DNA from: Psychrobacter sp. HD31
Lineage (GTDB): Bacteria > Pseudomonadota > Gammaproteobacteria > Pseudomonadales > Moraxellaceae
Reading direction: 5' to 3'
NCBI RefSeq assembly: GCF_051097895.1
Contig: NZ_CP142525.1
Coordinates: 1,320,001 to 1,352,000 of the forward strand
DNA length: 32,000 nucleotides
Positions 8,729 to 18,721 of the stretch are shown piece by piece. Made by a program: the position numbers and the translations under genes. How positions within the stretch are numbered: the first letter of the stretch is position 1; each line of letters opens with the position of its first letter. Below the pieces are notes generated by a model. It saw only the letters and a list, made by a program, of their open reading frames with translations. It was not told where the DNA came from and made no database searches.

Positions 8729-10285
8729 CTATTTGTCATTTAGACTTTGAGTGTAGCGACCTGTGCCAAGACTGGCAGGACCTAACTTCACATATTTAAT
8801 CATCAAGTACATCTCAATAATCAGTAGAATAGTATAGAAGCCAACAAACCCAGCCATAGAACCAATGACGCTTGCAACACTTAAGTTTGAAACGGAAACA
8901 TAGGTTGGTAACACACCATATACTGTCCAAGGTTGACGACCATATTCGGCTACAAACCAACCCATCTCAATAGCAATCCAAGGTACTGGAAGCATTAATA
9001 CAGCAAAGCGTAGTAACCAACGTTTATTCTCAAAGTTACCTCTAATACTTGCCCATAAACTCGCCACAAATAATAGAAGCATAAGCACACCAGCAGCAAC
9101 CATAATACGGAACGACCAAAACATAGGCGCAACTTGAGGAACACTGTCGTCAACTGCCATTTCAATCATCTCTGGGGTAGCTTTTGATACATCTTCAGAA
9201 TAAGGTTTTAAAAGTAAACCAAAACCAAGATTATCTTTTAATGGTTCAAACTCAGCTTTTAGGGCTTCATTTTGTGGGTCTTCGCGTAATTGGTCTAATA
9301 AAACTACCGCTTTTTGACCTTTAATAATACGCTCACGGTTACGCTCTTTAATATCATGGATACCTATGATTTCTTTGTCTAAAGAGCGCGTACCAATAAT
9401 ACCCATCACATAAGGAATTTCTACAGCCCAATCATTTTTCTCTTCTTTATCATTAACACCTGCAACTAGGTTAAATGATGCCGGTGCGGGTTCTGTATGC
9501 CACATCGCTTCCATAGTTGCCAGCTTAGTATGTTGCGCCTCACCTGTAGAATAACCAGATTCATCACCCAGCAAAATTACACTAAAAATTGCTGCAAAAC
9601 CAAAAGCTGCCGCTACTTGGAAGCTACGTTTAAAGAAGGCAACCTCTTTGTTACGTAATAAGTACATAGCAGAAATTGCAAGTACAAATACTGAAGCACA
9701 AGTGTAACCAGCTGATAAAGTATGTACGAACTTAGCTTGAGCTACTTCATTAAAGAAGACGGTAGCAAAGTTTGTCATTTCCATACGCATGGTTTCGTAG
9801 CTAAACTCGGCACCAACAGGTGCTTGCATCCAACCGTTTGCAACTAAAATCCAAAGGGCTGAAAGGTTAGTACCTAATGCCATCATGACAGTCGCAAATA
9901 AGTGCTGACCACGGGTCATTCTGTCCCACCCAAAGAAGAACAAACCAACAAACGTTGATTCCAGCCAAAATGCCATCAAGCCTTCAATAGCAAGTGGTGC
10001 ACCAAAAATATCACCAACATAATGAGAATAATATGCCCAGTTAGTACCAAACTGGAATTCCATTGTAATACCAGTCGTTACACCCAGTGCAAAGTTAATA
10101 CCAAATAACTTGCCCCAGTAACGCGTCATATCTTTCCAAATTTGCTTACCAGTCATCACATAAACTGCTTCCATGATGACAAGTAACCAAACCATACCTA
10201 ATGTTAGGGGAACAAACAAGAAGTGGTAGAGTGCCGTAACCGCAAATTGTAAGCGGGAGAGGTCTACCAGTTGTTCAGTAATCAT
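8729..10285 (-). CDS. cydA: cytochrome bd ubiquinol oxidase subunit I
   Basis: 518 aa. [22 protein letters not shown], GWxxxEYGRQPW (here [16 protein letters not shown]) and a Q-loop region. GGAGG RBS. Confidence 0.95.
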   Translation of the reverse strand: MITEQLVDLSRLQFAVTALYHFLFVPLTLGMVWLLVIMEAVYVMTGKQIWKDMTRYWGKLFGINFALGVTTGITMEFQFGTNWAYYSHYVGDIFGAPLAIEGLMAFWLESTFVGLFFFGWDRMTRGQHLFATVMMALGTNLSALWILVANGWMQAPVGAEFSYETMRMEMTNFATVFFNEVAQAKFVHTLSAGYTCASVFVLAISAMYLLRNKEVAFFKRSFQVAAAFGFAAIFSVILLGDESGYSTGEAQHTKLATMEAMWHTEPAPASFNLVAGVNDKEEKNDWAVEIPYVMGIIGTRSLDKEIIGIHDIKERNRERIIKGQKAVVLLDQLREDPQNEALKAEFEPLKDNLGFGLLLKPYSEDVSKATPEMIEMAVDDSVPQVAPMFWSFRIMVAAGVLMLLLFVASLWASIRGNFENKRWLLRFAVLMLPVPWIAIEMGWFVAEYGRQPWTVYGVLPTYVSVSNLSVASVIGSMAGFVGFYTILLIIEMYLMIKYVKLGPASLGTGRYTQSLNDK

Positions 10286-10352
10286 ACTAAACCTCCAATG
10301 AGTCCTAAGAAATTACCCTAGAGAAACCTTTAATTCATAAAAAAATACAGAG

Positions 10353-10490
10353 TCACTTACCGCTTTGAGCTCCTGCTCTGGTAAATACCTCTGTATCAAA
10401 TAAACATGCAGCTTGTTTGGCAACACATAATTGTTTGGCATTATGTATTATTAAGAATTGGCTAAGTAAGGATAAAACTTTACTATTCAT
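10353..10490 (-). CDS. candidate 45-aa small ORF in the cydA leader (hypothetical)
   Basis: My translation is MNSKVLSLLSQFLIIHNAKQLCVAKQAACLFDTEVFTRAGAQSGK. AAGGTGA lies 7 nt upstream of the ATG. The stop is 67 nt before the cydA start. I recognise no family. Confidence 0.3.
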   Translation of the reverse strand: MNSKVLSLLSQFLIIHNAKQLCVAKQAACLFDTEVFTRAGAQSGK

Positions 10491-10552
10491 AAGCGTATCA
10501 CCTTACATCTATTTTGAGTAAAACCTAAAAAAAAATAATAGATGGCTACATA

Positions 10553-10572
10553 TTGTTATTTCATTGTAACAA
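10553..10572. promoter_or_regulatory. inverted repeat TTGTTA-N8-TAACAA upstream of the cyd operon
   Basis: Seen directly. Lies about 270 nt upstream of the cydA ATG. Not the FNR/ANR consensus TTGAT-N4-ATCAA. Confidence 0.25.
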
Positions 10573-10696
10573 ATATTTTTTATAAAAGTATAGCCTAGTT
10601 ACAAAAAAACCTTAGATTTCTTATGGAAATTTATACTGACCAGTTCATCCTTTGCATGCCTTTAATTCCAAGTGTTTTAGTCAGATTTCAAGTAAA

Positions 10697-11446
10697 TCAA
10701 GCGCTGCTTATCATTTCTAAAACTTGCCAGTTAAGGCTTTTCCAGAGCAAGTAAAACCCAATCATTATGCAAAAAAATATAATAAAATAGAAACAATTGC
10801 GTAACATTTTTGATTGCCATTGCCAAACTAAAGTAAAAACAAATGCAAGCACACCACCAACCATAGCACCACCAATATGACCTGCATTATCAATGCCTGG
10901 TACAATAAATCCATACATTAAATTAATACCCATTACAAGCAAAAGCCCTTTAAAATTTAACCTGTGCCCACCAGCATAAACCTTAAACAAAGCAAAAATT
11001 AATAGCCCCATACCAATGCCCATAATGCCACCTGATGCCCCAGCCGAAAGTGAGGTATAGGTAATAGGGAGGTTGTTATGGATAATATAATTAAATGTCA
11101 CATAGCTGTTTAGCATATTGCCACCCAGCACTGACAGCAAAAATAGCAACAAAAATTTAACCGAACCCAGCATTGGCTCTGCCACTTGCCCAAAATAATA
11201 CATGGCATAGCAATTAAACAATAAATGCATTAAGCCTATGTGCAAAAAACCACTGGTTATCAGCCGCCAAGGTTCTGTAACCATACTTTTAGAAAAATAG
11301 TTCGCCCCCCAATTCAGCAAGTCTTCTCTTGCTGGGGTATTAGCGTCTACCCCTGCAAACAAGACCTGATAGGCAAATAGCCCCACAAAAATACCAAGTA
11401 ACAGGGTTGTCATAGGTGCTGTTTTAAATAGTTTTTGAACATTCAT
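10697..11446 (-). CDS. rhomboid family intramembrane serine protease
   Basis: 249 aa, about six TM segments. Catalytic GASGGIMG (GxSG) and a downstream histidine in AGHIGGAMVGG. WRLITSGFLH motif. Confidence 0.82.
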   Translation of the reverse strand: MNVQKLFKTAPMTTLLLGIFVGLFAYQVLFAGVDANTPAREDLLNWGANYFSKSMVTEPWRLITSGFLHIGLMHLLFNCYAMYYFGQVAEPMLGSVKFLLLFLLSVLGGNMLNSYVTFNYIIHNNLPITYTSLSAGASGGIMGIGMGLLIFALFKVYAGGHRLNFKGLLLVMGINLMYGFIVPGIDNAGHIGGAMVGGVLAFVFTLVWQWQSKMLRNCFYFIIFFCIMIGFYLLWKSLNWQVLEMISSA

Positions 11447-11496
11447 ATGTTTTACTTTACGGTTAAAATTTTGTTTTAAATAGGTCCATCATACAA

Positions 11497-11528
11497 TAAA
11501 AAAGCATAGCTTTTAAGCTATGCTTTTT
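11497..11528. terminator. rho-independent terminator (serves the upstream minus-strand transglycosylase gene; symmetric A/T flanks)
   Basis: AAGCATAGC (11502-11510) / GCTATGCTT (11517-11525), with A6 on the left and T5 on the right. Confidence 0.7.
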
Positions 11529-11578
11529 GTTTAAAAACAAGGTGTTTACTTTATAACATTAAAATTGGCTTACTGGTA

Positions 11579-12880
11579 TTACCAAGCCAACCGATTGGCA
11601 CTGGTTTGAGTAATAAAACCATCTGGCGTTTGTCCATTGTCTGCTTGCCAGCGTGCAAATGCTTTACGAGTGTTTGTACCAATGATGCCATCAGCACCTT
11701 TGGTGTCATATCCTTTGTCGGTTAAGTTAATTTGTAAGTTTTTAACCTGTGCCGTTGTTAAGGGTTTTTCATAGCGAGGCCAAGCTTTTTGTATGGTGCG
11801 TTCTCCTGCAATTTTTTTTGCAAGTGTGCTCACACCCAAAGCATAACTTGATGAATTGTTATAAACCTTAATAACATCAAAGTTGTTACTGGTTAATAAA
11901 GCAGGTCCATTTTTGCCTGCTGGTAGCCACAGCTCAAGTAACGACCCTTTTGGTATATAACCACCCAACATCTGTACGCCTTGGGCTTGCCACTGATCAT
12001 ACGTTTTTTTATTGCCCATCTGACGGTAATCAAACCCACTTGGTAACGTGACCTCATAATAAGGTGATAAACCTTGTACCCAACCAGAGTTTTTAAGATA
12101 ATTTGCAGTTGAATTTAACGCATCGGTACTATTCCAAGGATTTTTTTGCCCATCAAGGTTGCCATCAACGCCTTGTTTTAACCAAGTGGCAGGGATAAAC
12201 TGGGTATGCCCCATACCACCTGCCCATGAGCCATCCATTTGATACCAAGACACATCACCCCGTTTAAGCAAAACTAGCAAGGCTTTTAATTGCGCTTCTG
12301 CAAAATCACGACGACGCCCCTCGTACGCCAGTGTTGCTAAAGAGCTTGCCAAATTTGATGAGCCAGTATAACCACCATAAGAAGACTCCATACCCCAAAT
12401 GGCCGTCACAATCTCTGCATCAACACCATAATTAGATTCGATACTATTAAATACTGCACGGTTATTTGCAAATTTAGACTTGCCCATACTCACACGGCTA
12501 GATGATGCCGCCGAATCTACATATTCCCAAGGCATTTTGGCAAATTCAGACTGACTACGATCATTAGAAATAATTTTTTGATTCAGCGATGCCATGCTCA
12601 TCAAACGGTTAACATCATTTATGTCATAACCTTCTGCAATGGCACGCATGCTAAAATTTTGTTTCCAACCATAAAAACTATTTGTATCACCTGTTATTGC
12701 TGGATTACTTGGCTGCTGCACAGGCGGTTTGGGTGCCGTGGGTTTATAAACCGTTGGTTGGTTTTCTGTTACATAGTTACCGCCAGCACAAGATGCTAGC
12801 AACACCGCAACAACTGACGTTGCTAAAATTTTTGTTATATTTGTTGTTTTAGTCTTCACTTTTTGTCCCTTAATATCCAT
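11579..12880 (-). CDS. lytic murein transglycosylase (MltB/SLT_2-like) lipoprotein with C-terminal peptidoglycan-binding domain
   Basis: IWGMESSYGG (catalytic Glu), GHTQFIPATW, YNNSSSYA. C-terminal PG_binding_1-like LTDKGYDTKGADGIIGTNTRKAFARWQ. Lipobox LLASC after the MDIKG... start, so I use the ATG at 12880 rather than the ORF-track TTG at 12931. Confidence 0.85.
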   Translation of the reverse strand: MDIKGQKVKTKTTNITKILATSVVAVLLASCAGGNYVTENQPTVYKPTAPKPPVQQPSNPAITGDTNSFYGWKQNFSMRAIAEGYDINDVNRLMSMASLNQKIISNDRSQSEFAKMPWEYVDSAASSSRVSMGKSKFANNRAVFNSIESNYGVDAEIVTAIWGMESSYGGYTGSSNLASSLATLAYEGRRRDFAEAQLKALLVLLKRGDVSWYQMDGSWAGGMGHTQFIPATWLKQGVDGNLDGQKNPWNSTDALNSTANYLKNSGWVQGLSPYYEVTLPSGFDYRQMGNKKTYDQWQAQGVQMLGGYIPKGSLLELWLPAGKNGPALLTSNNFDVIKVYNNSSSYALGVSTLAKKIAGERTIQKAWPRYEKPLTTAQVKNLQINLTDKGYDTKGADGIIGTNTRKAFARWQADNGQTPDGFITQTSANRLAW

Positions 12881-13074
12881 TGCTAAAATATTCGCATTTA
12901 AAAAATAATTACTGTCACACTTTACCAACAATCAAAGTTAAAGTCGATGCAATCGCCAAAGAAGATAGTAACAATCTGTAGCGTTAAGTTACTGCCATAA
13001 AAAAACCCTTTTCTACAGTTAAGTTAAAAAAGAGTTTTTAAATAATTAGCTAAGGCTTTTAAGCAAAGCTAAGT

Positions 13075-14019
13075 TTAAGCAAAAAGCGCTGCGATATCAG
13101 ATTCATCAAATGGATACAATGCGCCACAAAACCCACAGTCCATTTCAATTTTTCCGCCATGTTCTTCGGCAACCGCTAAGGCTTGTTCTTTACCAAGTTG
13201 CCTAATTGCAGAGGCACTTTTTTCTTTTGAGCAGGTACAACCAAAACTAAGCTGGGTTGCTTCTGGTGTGACGACCTTTTCTTCATTATAAAGGCGATAC
13301 AACACCTCATTTGGGTCTAATTGAGTTAATTCATCAGCTTTAATGGTGCTGGTTAAAGCCGATAGGCGTGACCATAAGTCTTCATCGGCATCACCATGTT
13401 CTGCCAAGAGTTTTTCTTCTTCGCTTAATGGCAATAACTGTACCAGCAACCCACCTGCCTGCAAACCATTACAAGCAAGGCTAATTAACGTGGGTATTTG
13501 TGCAGACTGTAATTGATAATGTGCCAAACAATCAGCAAGATTATCATACCCTCGCTCAACAATACCTTGGTAGGCCTCTCCTTTTTCTGGCTGGATATTA
13601 ATAAACAAAACGCCTTTGCCTACATCACCCAGCTCTGCAAATGCCTCATTGGCTGTCTTTTTCTGTTGCCAAGCAGCTTGTTGTTCATCCGTTTCTTGTT
13701 TCCATTTTGCCAAGCCTCTTACCTGCCCGTTATGGTCGCATTCTGCCATGGCCCAATTTAATAAACTCGATTCATCTGATGACTGAAGCTGAACAGATAA
13801 GCGTCCATTAATTTTTAACGTGCCAATTAACAGGCTGGCTGCTGTCAGCATCTCTCCCAACAGTTGTTTAATGGCTTCTGGATAGTCTTTTTGTGCAATA
13901 ACATGGGCAAAGCTGCGAGTTAGATGAACCGCATCTCCACGCACAGGCGAATTATCAAAATAAAAGCGTTGGCGTAAATCAGTTTGGCTAATCACTTGGT
14001 TTGTCATTTGGTTTGTCAT
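13075..14019 (-). CDS. hslO: redox-regulated chaperone Hsp33
   Basis: RFYFDNSPVRGD aligns with E. coli HRYLFENFAVRGE. C-terminal zinc centre CTCS...CGFCG. Start placed at the ATG at 14019; alternatives are the ATG at 14007 and the GTG at 14046. Confidence 0.9.
   Translation of the reverse strand: MTNQMTNQVISQTDLRQRFYFDNSPVRGDAVHLTRSFAHVIAQKDYPEAIKQLLGEMLTAASLLIGTLKINGRLSVQLQSSDESSLLNWAMAECDHNGQVRGLAKWKQETDEQQAAWQQKKTANEAFAELGDVGKGVLFINIQPEKGEAYQGIVERGYDNLADCLAHYQLQSAQIPTLISLACNGLQAGGLLVQLLPLSEEEKLLAEHGDADEDLWSRLSALTSTIKADELTQLDPNEVLYRLYNEEKVVTPEATQLSFGCTCSKEKSASAIRQLGKEQALAVAEEHGGKIEMDCGFCGALYPFDESDIAALFA
13996..14019. repeat. perfect 12-bp tandem duplication spanning the hslO start (TTGGTTTGTCAT x2)
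   Basis: Seen directly. Encodes MTNQ-MTNQ on the minus strand and provides two in-frame ATGs. Confidence 0.95.
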
Positions 14020-14224
14020 ATTTGCTCTTAAAATCTTACTCGTCACTCATGGTTAAGTTGTGACCTTTAAGATTAATCATTTATTCAGTATTAAGGATAT
14101 TTTGTTATTAGCTTAATGGGGATAAACTCATAAATTCAAACAATAAAAATAGAATCTTTTGTAAACAGTTACATAAATATGGGCATACGAGTTGATAAAG
14201 ATTTAGCGCACGATAAGCGATTAA

Positions 14225-14947
14225 CTATTTATTAAAGTATCGCATCAAACCACTGAGTAATAAATCTTGACGTATATTGACTGGTTTGTGTATATGTTGA
14301 CTAATGATTGAGGCATCGCCCCCTGTCATAATAATTTGGTAGTTGTCATGTCTGCCGCTAATTTCATTAATTGCGCCAACTATCGACAATAAAATACCTC
14401 GGTGTACCGCATCTTGAGTCGTCACCCCTTGTAAAATACTATCAAACTCACCATCAGAGATGCTAATTTGCTTAGTACCAGAAAACAATGCCTCTCGCTG
14501 TAAATAAATACTGGGGAAGATATAGCCACCCAAATGGTTACCATGATCAATTAAATCGATGGTTAATGCCGTACCACAACCCACAATACATTGTCGTTTA
14601 CCACTATCAACAACGCCCAACATTTGTAGCCATCTGTCTACACCCAGTTGATTAGGGTCATATTCGCTCGTCATTAATTTGTGTCGGTTATCAACATGAA
14701 CAAACTCAAAAGGTATGTTAAGCCATGCTAGTGAGTCGGCTACTTTGGCATTAATGTTGTTACCCAAAACAGAAGAGATACCAATAAAATTGGGGGCGTA
14801 TTTTTCAAATTGGTAGGTTAAGCCCATTAACAACTCAGCAGGCGCTGATAAATGTTGTTTCGCATCGGCACTAATCACTCTGCCAACCTCATCAATTAGC
14901 CAATATTTTAAACGGGTGTTGCCAAGGTCTATCCAAAGGTTTGCCAT
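14225..14947 (-). CDS. coaX: type III pantothenate kinase
   Basis: LWIDLGNTRLKYW N-terminus and GCGTALTID, GGDA motifs of the CoaX/ASKHA fold. Sits immediately downstream of birA, as in many proteobacteria. The ATG at 14947 has AGGA 6 nt upstream; the ORF-track GTG is at 14962. Confidence 0.88.
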   Translation of the reverse strand: MANLWIDLGNTRLKYWLIDEVGRVISADAKQHLSAPAELLMGLTYQFEKYAPNFIGISSVLGNNINAKVADSLAWLNIPFEFVHVDNRHKLMTSEYDPNQLGVDRWLQMLGVVDSGKRQCIVGCGTALTIDLIDHGNHLGGYIFPSIYLQREALFSGTKQISISDGEFDSILQGVTTQDAVHRGILLSIVGAINEISGRHDNYQIIMTGGDASIISQHIHKPVNIRQDLLLSGLMRYFNK

Positions 14948-14968
14948 GTTTAATCCTATCACTTAGCG

Positions 14969-16024
14969 TTATGCAATGACTTTTATTTTTGCAGAAAATA
15001 AACGCATCACCTTACCATCATCTTTTTGTATCTGCAAACAACCTTGGTCATCTATCCCTAATGCTTTGGCAGTATATGCCATTTGCTCTGCATCTAAGCT
15101 ATCTCCCAAACTGGTTGGCGATTGACGCTCATCAGCACAAATGCTTAGGGTGCGCCCCATTAAAACATCTGACATTGCAAAGTTTGCCAAAAAGTCTTGC
15201 CGTACGCTGTTTTTATTAGGTTGGGTTATGTATTGATGGCACAAAATAGCCGTTAATATTTGTTTGCAGATTGGGCGATACAAGTCAGCAACTTGTGGGC
15301 AGTCAATCGTCTTATCTGATTTTTTAGATGCAGCTTTTGATTCCGCTTGTTCAATTAATTGTGCAATACTTGTGCTTTGGTATCCCATGCCCTCTTGAGT
15401 TTGTTTGCAAAGTTTGGGGGCATTTTTAACATTTAAACCTACCCCAACCACAACCCCCAACAAATTACCTTTGCTTATTACGGGTTCTATTAAAATACCT
15501 GATAGCTTACGAAACTGAATCAAGGTTTGCGCTGGTGGCAAACTTGCACGCCCATCCACTATTTCTTTATTCAAATACTCACTGTTAGCAGTCTTCTTAT
15601 CTATCGGTTGATAAAACCCTATGTCATTCGCCCACTTTACCCCAATGGGTGTGTCTAAACCGTTATTTAAAGTTTTAATAATATCCAGCTTAGACAAGCT
15701 AAAACCGACGCACAGCGATAGCAAGCCTGATATTGGCATATCTAAAGGGTGCAAACGATGGCATTTAGGATAAAAAAGCGACAAATACACATTGCCCATT
15801 GGCGACTGCCAACTACGACCATTTTGCCCACGCCCTTGAGTTTGGGTATCTGCTGTTAAAACATGTACCTGATTTGCTGACAACTGCCCGTTTTTTATGT
15901 GGTTTATCAACTCACTGTTAGTAGAAGGGCTACTTGTTATATGCCGATGGGTTTTTTGTTGATGGACAGATTGCATCAGGTAATTGACACTATCTTCGAT
16001 TTGGTTGTTGATACTTTCAGGCAT
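14969..16024 (-). CDS. birA: biotin--[acetyl-CoA-carboxylase] ligase, apparently group I (no N-terminal HTH) with insertions
   Basis: TQTQGRGQNGRSWQSPMGNVYLS (GRGRxGRxW loop), VKWANDI...RKLSGILIEP, VGVGLN. The N-terminal 50 aa do not resemble the E. coli BirA winged helix. Confidence 0.82.
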   Translation of the reverse strand: MPESINNQIEDSVNYLMQSVHQQKTHRHITSSPSTNSELINHIKNGQLSANQVHVLTADTQTQGRGQNGRSWQSPMGNVYLSLFYPKCHRLHPLDMPISGLLSLCVGFSLSKLDIIKTLNNGLDTPIGVKWANDIGFYQPIDKKTANSEYLNKEIVDGRASLPPAQTLIQFRKLSGILIEPVISKGNLLGVVVGVGLNVKNAPKLCKQTQEGMGYQSTSIAQLIEQAESKAASKKSDKTIDCPQVADLYRPICKQILTAILCHQYITQPNKNSVRQDFLANFAMSDVLMGRTLSICADERQSPTSLGDSLDAEQMAYTAKALGIDDQGCLQIQKDDGKVMRLFSAKIKVIA

Positions 16025-16200
16025 TCTTTATACACGATTCACACATTAATTTTTTATAAGGATACCACAAGGCTAAGGTTGTATATATGGTTCATATTGG
16101 TGGGCATTTGTATTGGCAAACAAGTTTTGCTGATAAAAATAAAGCAAACTTAAATAGCTTAAATAAAATAGCATTTAACTTCATATTTTACTGTTAAAAC

Positions 16201-16240
16201 ATTATATAATTTATTATAATATAATTAATATATATAATAT
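16201..16240. other. 40-nt tract of pure A/T directly upstream of the DUF4395 gene RBS
   Basis: ATTATATAATTTATTATAATATAATTAATATATATAATAT contains several TATAAT-like hexamers and small palindromes. It probably holds the promoter/UP region. Confidence 0.6.
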
Positions 16241-16252
16241 CTTGGAGTTACC

Positions 16253-16681
16253 ATGTTACGTTTTGATATACCACCGGTTCATGCCAATGTCATCCGTTGG
16301 GAGGCATTTATCGTCTGTTGCCTTTGTTTATTAGCCTTGTTTGTACACCCGTTATTTATGATTATATTGCCCCTACAAGGTTTTGTTAAAGGCTTTTTTG
16401 GTCATCACAAATGCCCATCACACAGTCTTTGGAAGACCATATTTACCAAACGAGGTTGGGCAGGTAAAACAGAAAATGTTGGCGCAAAAATGTTTGCCGC
16501 TAAATTATTATTTATCGCCAGTACCGTATCTTTAATACTTTATTTTTCTGGCATAGCTTTATGGAAGGTACCTTGCACAATTTTGGTTATTTTTTCATTT
16601 TTAGAGTGGGCATTTTCGTTTTGTGCCGCCTGTAGCGCTTATAACGCTTGGTATAAGTTCTTCCCACCAAAAAATTTATGA
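16253..16681 (+). CDS. DUF4395-like small membrane protein
   Basis: 142 aa, 3-4 TM segments. The C-terminal FSFCAACSAY resembles the F-x-F/Y-C-x-G/A-C-x-x-Y end of DUF4395 proteins as I recall them. GGAG RBS. Confidence 0.55.
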   Translation: MLRFDIPPVHANVIRWEAFIVCCLCLLALFVHPLFMIILPLQGFVKGFFGHHKCPSHSLWKTIFTKRGWAGKTENVGAKMFAAKLLFIASTVSLILYFSGIALWKVPCTILVIFSFLEWAFSFCAACSAYNAWYKFFPPKNL

Positions 16682-16725
16682 TTATTGCACTTAAGTTAAA
16701 ATTACTTAACGTGTTTTAAAACAAT

Positions 16726-16753
16726 AAAGCCCCTCTTTGTTAAGAGGGGCTTT
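16726..16753. terminator. bidirectional rho-independent terminator between the convergent DUF4395 gene and ahpF
   Basis: AAAGCCCCTCTT (16726-16737) / AAGAGGGGCTTT (16742-16753), loop TGTT. Confidence 0.8.
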
Positions 16754-16794
16754 AGACTTGCAATAGTTCATAATTGCAATTAACTGTAAAAAAC

Positions 16795-18384
16795 TTACTG
16801 CATCACAAGATAGTCAAACGCACCCAAAGCCGCTTTACTGCCCTCACCCATCGCAATGTTGATTTGCTTAAATGGCACAGTAGTTACATCCCCTGCAGCA
16901 AAAATACCTTTACGGCTGGTTTGACATTTTGCATCAATCTCGATTTCACCAAATTTGTTGGTATCTACAAAGTTTTTGATAAAGTCAGAGTTTGGTACAA
17001 GACCAATCTGCACAAACACCGCTGATAGGTTAATCTCTTTGTCTTCACCTGTATTGCGGTCAGTATATATTAATGAAGATACTTTACCATTGGTTGCTAT
17101 GATCTCTTTGGTGGCCGCACTGGTGATAATCTCGATATTATCTTTTGCCATCGCTTTATCAATCAATACTTGATCGGCCTTTAAGGTATCGGCAAATTCA
17201 AACACAGTTACATGATTAACGATACCAGCTAAGTCAAGTGCGGCTTCGATACCTGAGTTACCACCACCGATAACCGAAGTATCCTTACCTTTAAAGAAAG
17301 GACCATCACAATGTGGACAATATGCCACACCATTGCCGATGTTTTCATCTTCACCTGGTACACCCAATTTACGCCATTTTGCGCCAGTGGCAATAATAAC
17401 CGCACGTGTGTCAAATTGCTCGCCAGTGTTCAGTGTGATGTTATAATTTAGCTCATCATCTTGTGTTTCGCTCAGCTTTTTAACACTCACATGTTCTTTA
17501 ACCGTAATGCCGTATTCTGCAATGTGTTTACCAAAATTTGCCGACAGCTCATTACCATTAGTTAGCGGAACAGAAATCAAGTTTTCAATATCTTGCGTGT
17601 CTTTAACTTGCCCACCAATGCGGTCAGCAACAATGGTAGTTGCAAAGCCCTTACGAGCCGAATAAATTGCAGCAGCAACACCGGCAGGTCCACCACCAAT
17701 GATGGTCACATCTTGTTTTGGCAAAGACTCACCACCCGCTTTTTGTACAAACAAATCTGGGTATTCTTCTTGCAGTTTTTGTAATAATACCGCTGTGTCA
17801 ATTTTACCATTAGCAAATGGCTTACCATTTAAATACACCGCTGGCACGCCTTGTATGTTGTTTGCTTCTACAAGTTTAGGAAACAATCCGCCATCAATCA
17901 TCTCACTGCTGATATGATCATTTAAAATAGCAAACTGGTTTAATGCTTGCACTACGTCTGGGCAGTTATGGCAACTTAACGATATATAAGTTTGAAAATT
18001 TAATGGTTCGTTTGGGTTTGCATTTTTTATCATGCTTTGTATGCTGTCATCTAGCTTCATGGTATGACCGCCAGCATGCAAAATTGCCAAAATCAATGAA
18101 GTAAACTCATGACCACCAGGAATGCCGCTAAAAACAACGCCTGTATTTTGACTATCGGTTGTAATTTTAAAGCTAACCGAACTTGGTAAATCATTGGCTG
18201 TTTCTGATTGATCAAAGCTAATTTTATCAGTCGACCCTGCAATTTGGCTCAAAAAGTCCACCAATTCAGCACGTTTGTTTTCTGAGTCATGTCCGAGTGA
18301 TTCATCGCCAATCACAAAATTGATTGAGTGCGTCATGTTTTCGCTGTAAGTTTTTACAGCATTGAGTAAATTTTTGTCTAACAT
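16795..18384 (-). CDS. ahpF: alkyl hydroperoxide reductase subunit F
   Basis: 529 aa. N-terminal double thioredoxin fold with CHNC, FAD site [14 protein letters not shown], redox-active CPHCDG, NADH site [18 protein letters not shown]. Confidence 0.95.
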   Translation of the reverse strand: MLDKNLLNAVKTYSENMTHSINFVIGDESLGHDSENKRAELVDFLSQIAGSTDKISFDQSETANDLPSSVSFKITTDSQNTGVVFSGIPGGHEFTSLILAILHAGGHTMKLDDSIQSMIKNANPNEPLNFQTYISLSCHNCPDVVQALNQFAILNDHISSEMIDGGLFPKLVEANNIQGVPAVYLNGKPFANGKIDTAVLLQKLQEEYPDLFVQKAGGESLPKQDVTIIGGGPAGVAAAIYSARKGFATTIVADRIGGQVKDTQDIENLISVPLTNGNELSANFGKHIAEYGITVKEHVSVKKLSETQDDELNYNITLNTGEQFDTRAVIIATGAKWRKLGVPGEDENIGNGVAYCPHCDGPFFKGKDTSVIGGGNSGIEAALDLAGIVNHVTVFEFADTLKADQVLIDKAMAKDNIEIITSAATKEIIATNGKVSSLIYTDRNTGEDKEINLSAVFVQIGLVPNSDFIKNFVDTNKFGEIEIDAKCQTSRKGIFAAGDVTTVPFKQINIAMGEGSKAALGAFDYLVMQ

Positions 18385-18721
18385 GCGATTTCCTCTTTTG
18401 TTTGTTTTCTATAACTTACCTATGTCATTAATATGAAAAGGCAAGGTAATTACCCGCGTTTTCTATATTGTTATTATGATATTTATGACTCTATCTATCA
18501 ATCATAGAATCTCAAACATTATGTTTTATAAAACAAATCAAAAAATAATAATCAATAATAATAACAAATTAATAAACCCCATAAAAACCATGGTTTTTTG
18601 GGTTCTTTTACGCTATGATGAGGGTATGGAAAGTTGATAAATCATTCAATTAACCAACGTATTATTCACCTATTTTTACAGGTTAATAATTTTTTAACTC
18701 ACTAACAATAAGGATAAAACC

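Noticed and set aside
12881-12931. Longer N-terminal extensions implied by ORF-track starts: transglycosylase 12931, hslO 14046, coaX 14962, rpmE2 23349, YgjP-like 29700, aldB 5765, methyltransferase 27989
   Set aside because: These use TTG/GTG or upstream ATGs without an RBS and add residues absent from homologues. Internal ATGs with Shine-Dalgarno sequences (and a lipobox in the transglycosylase) fit better, so I trimmed the starts.
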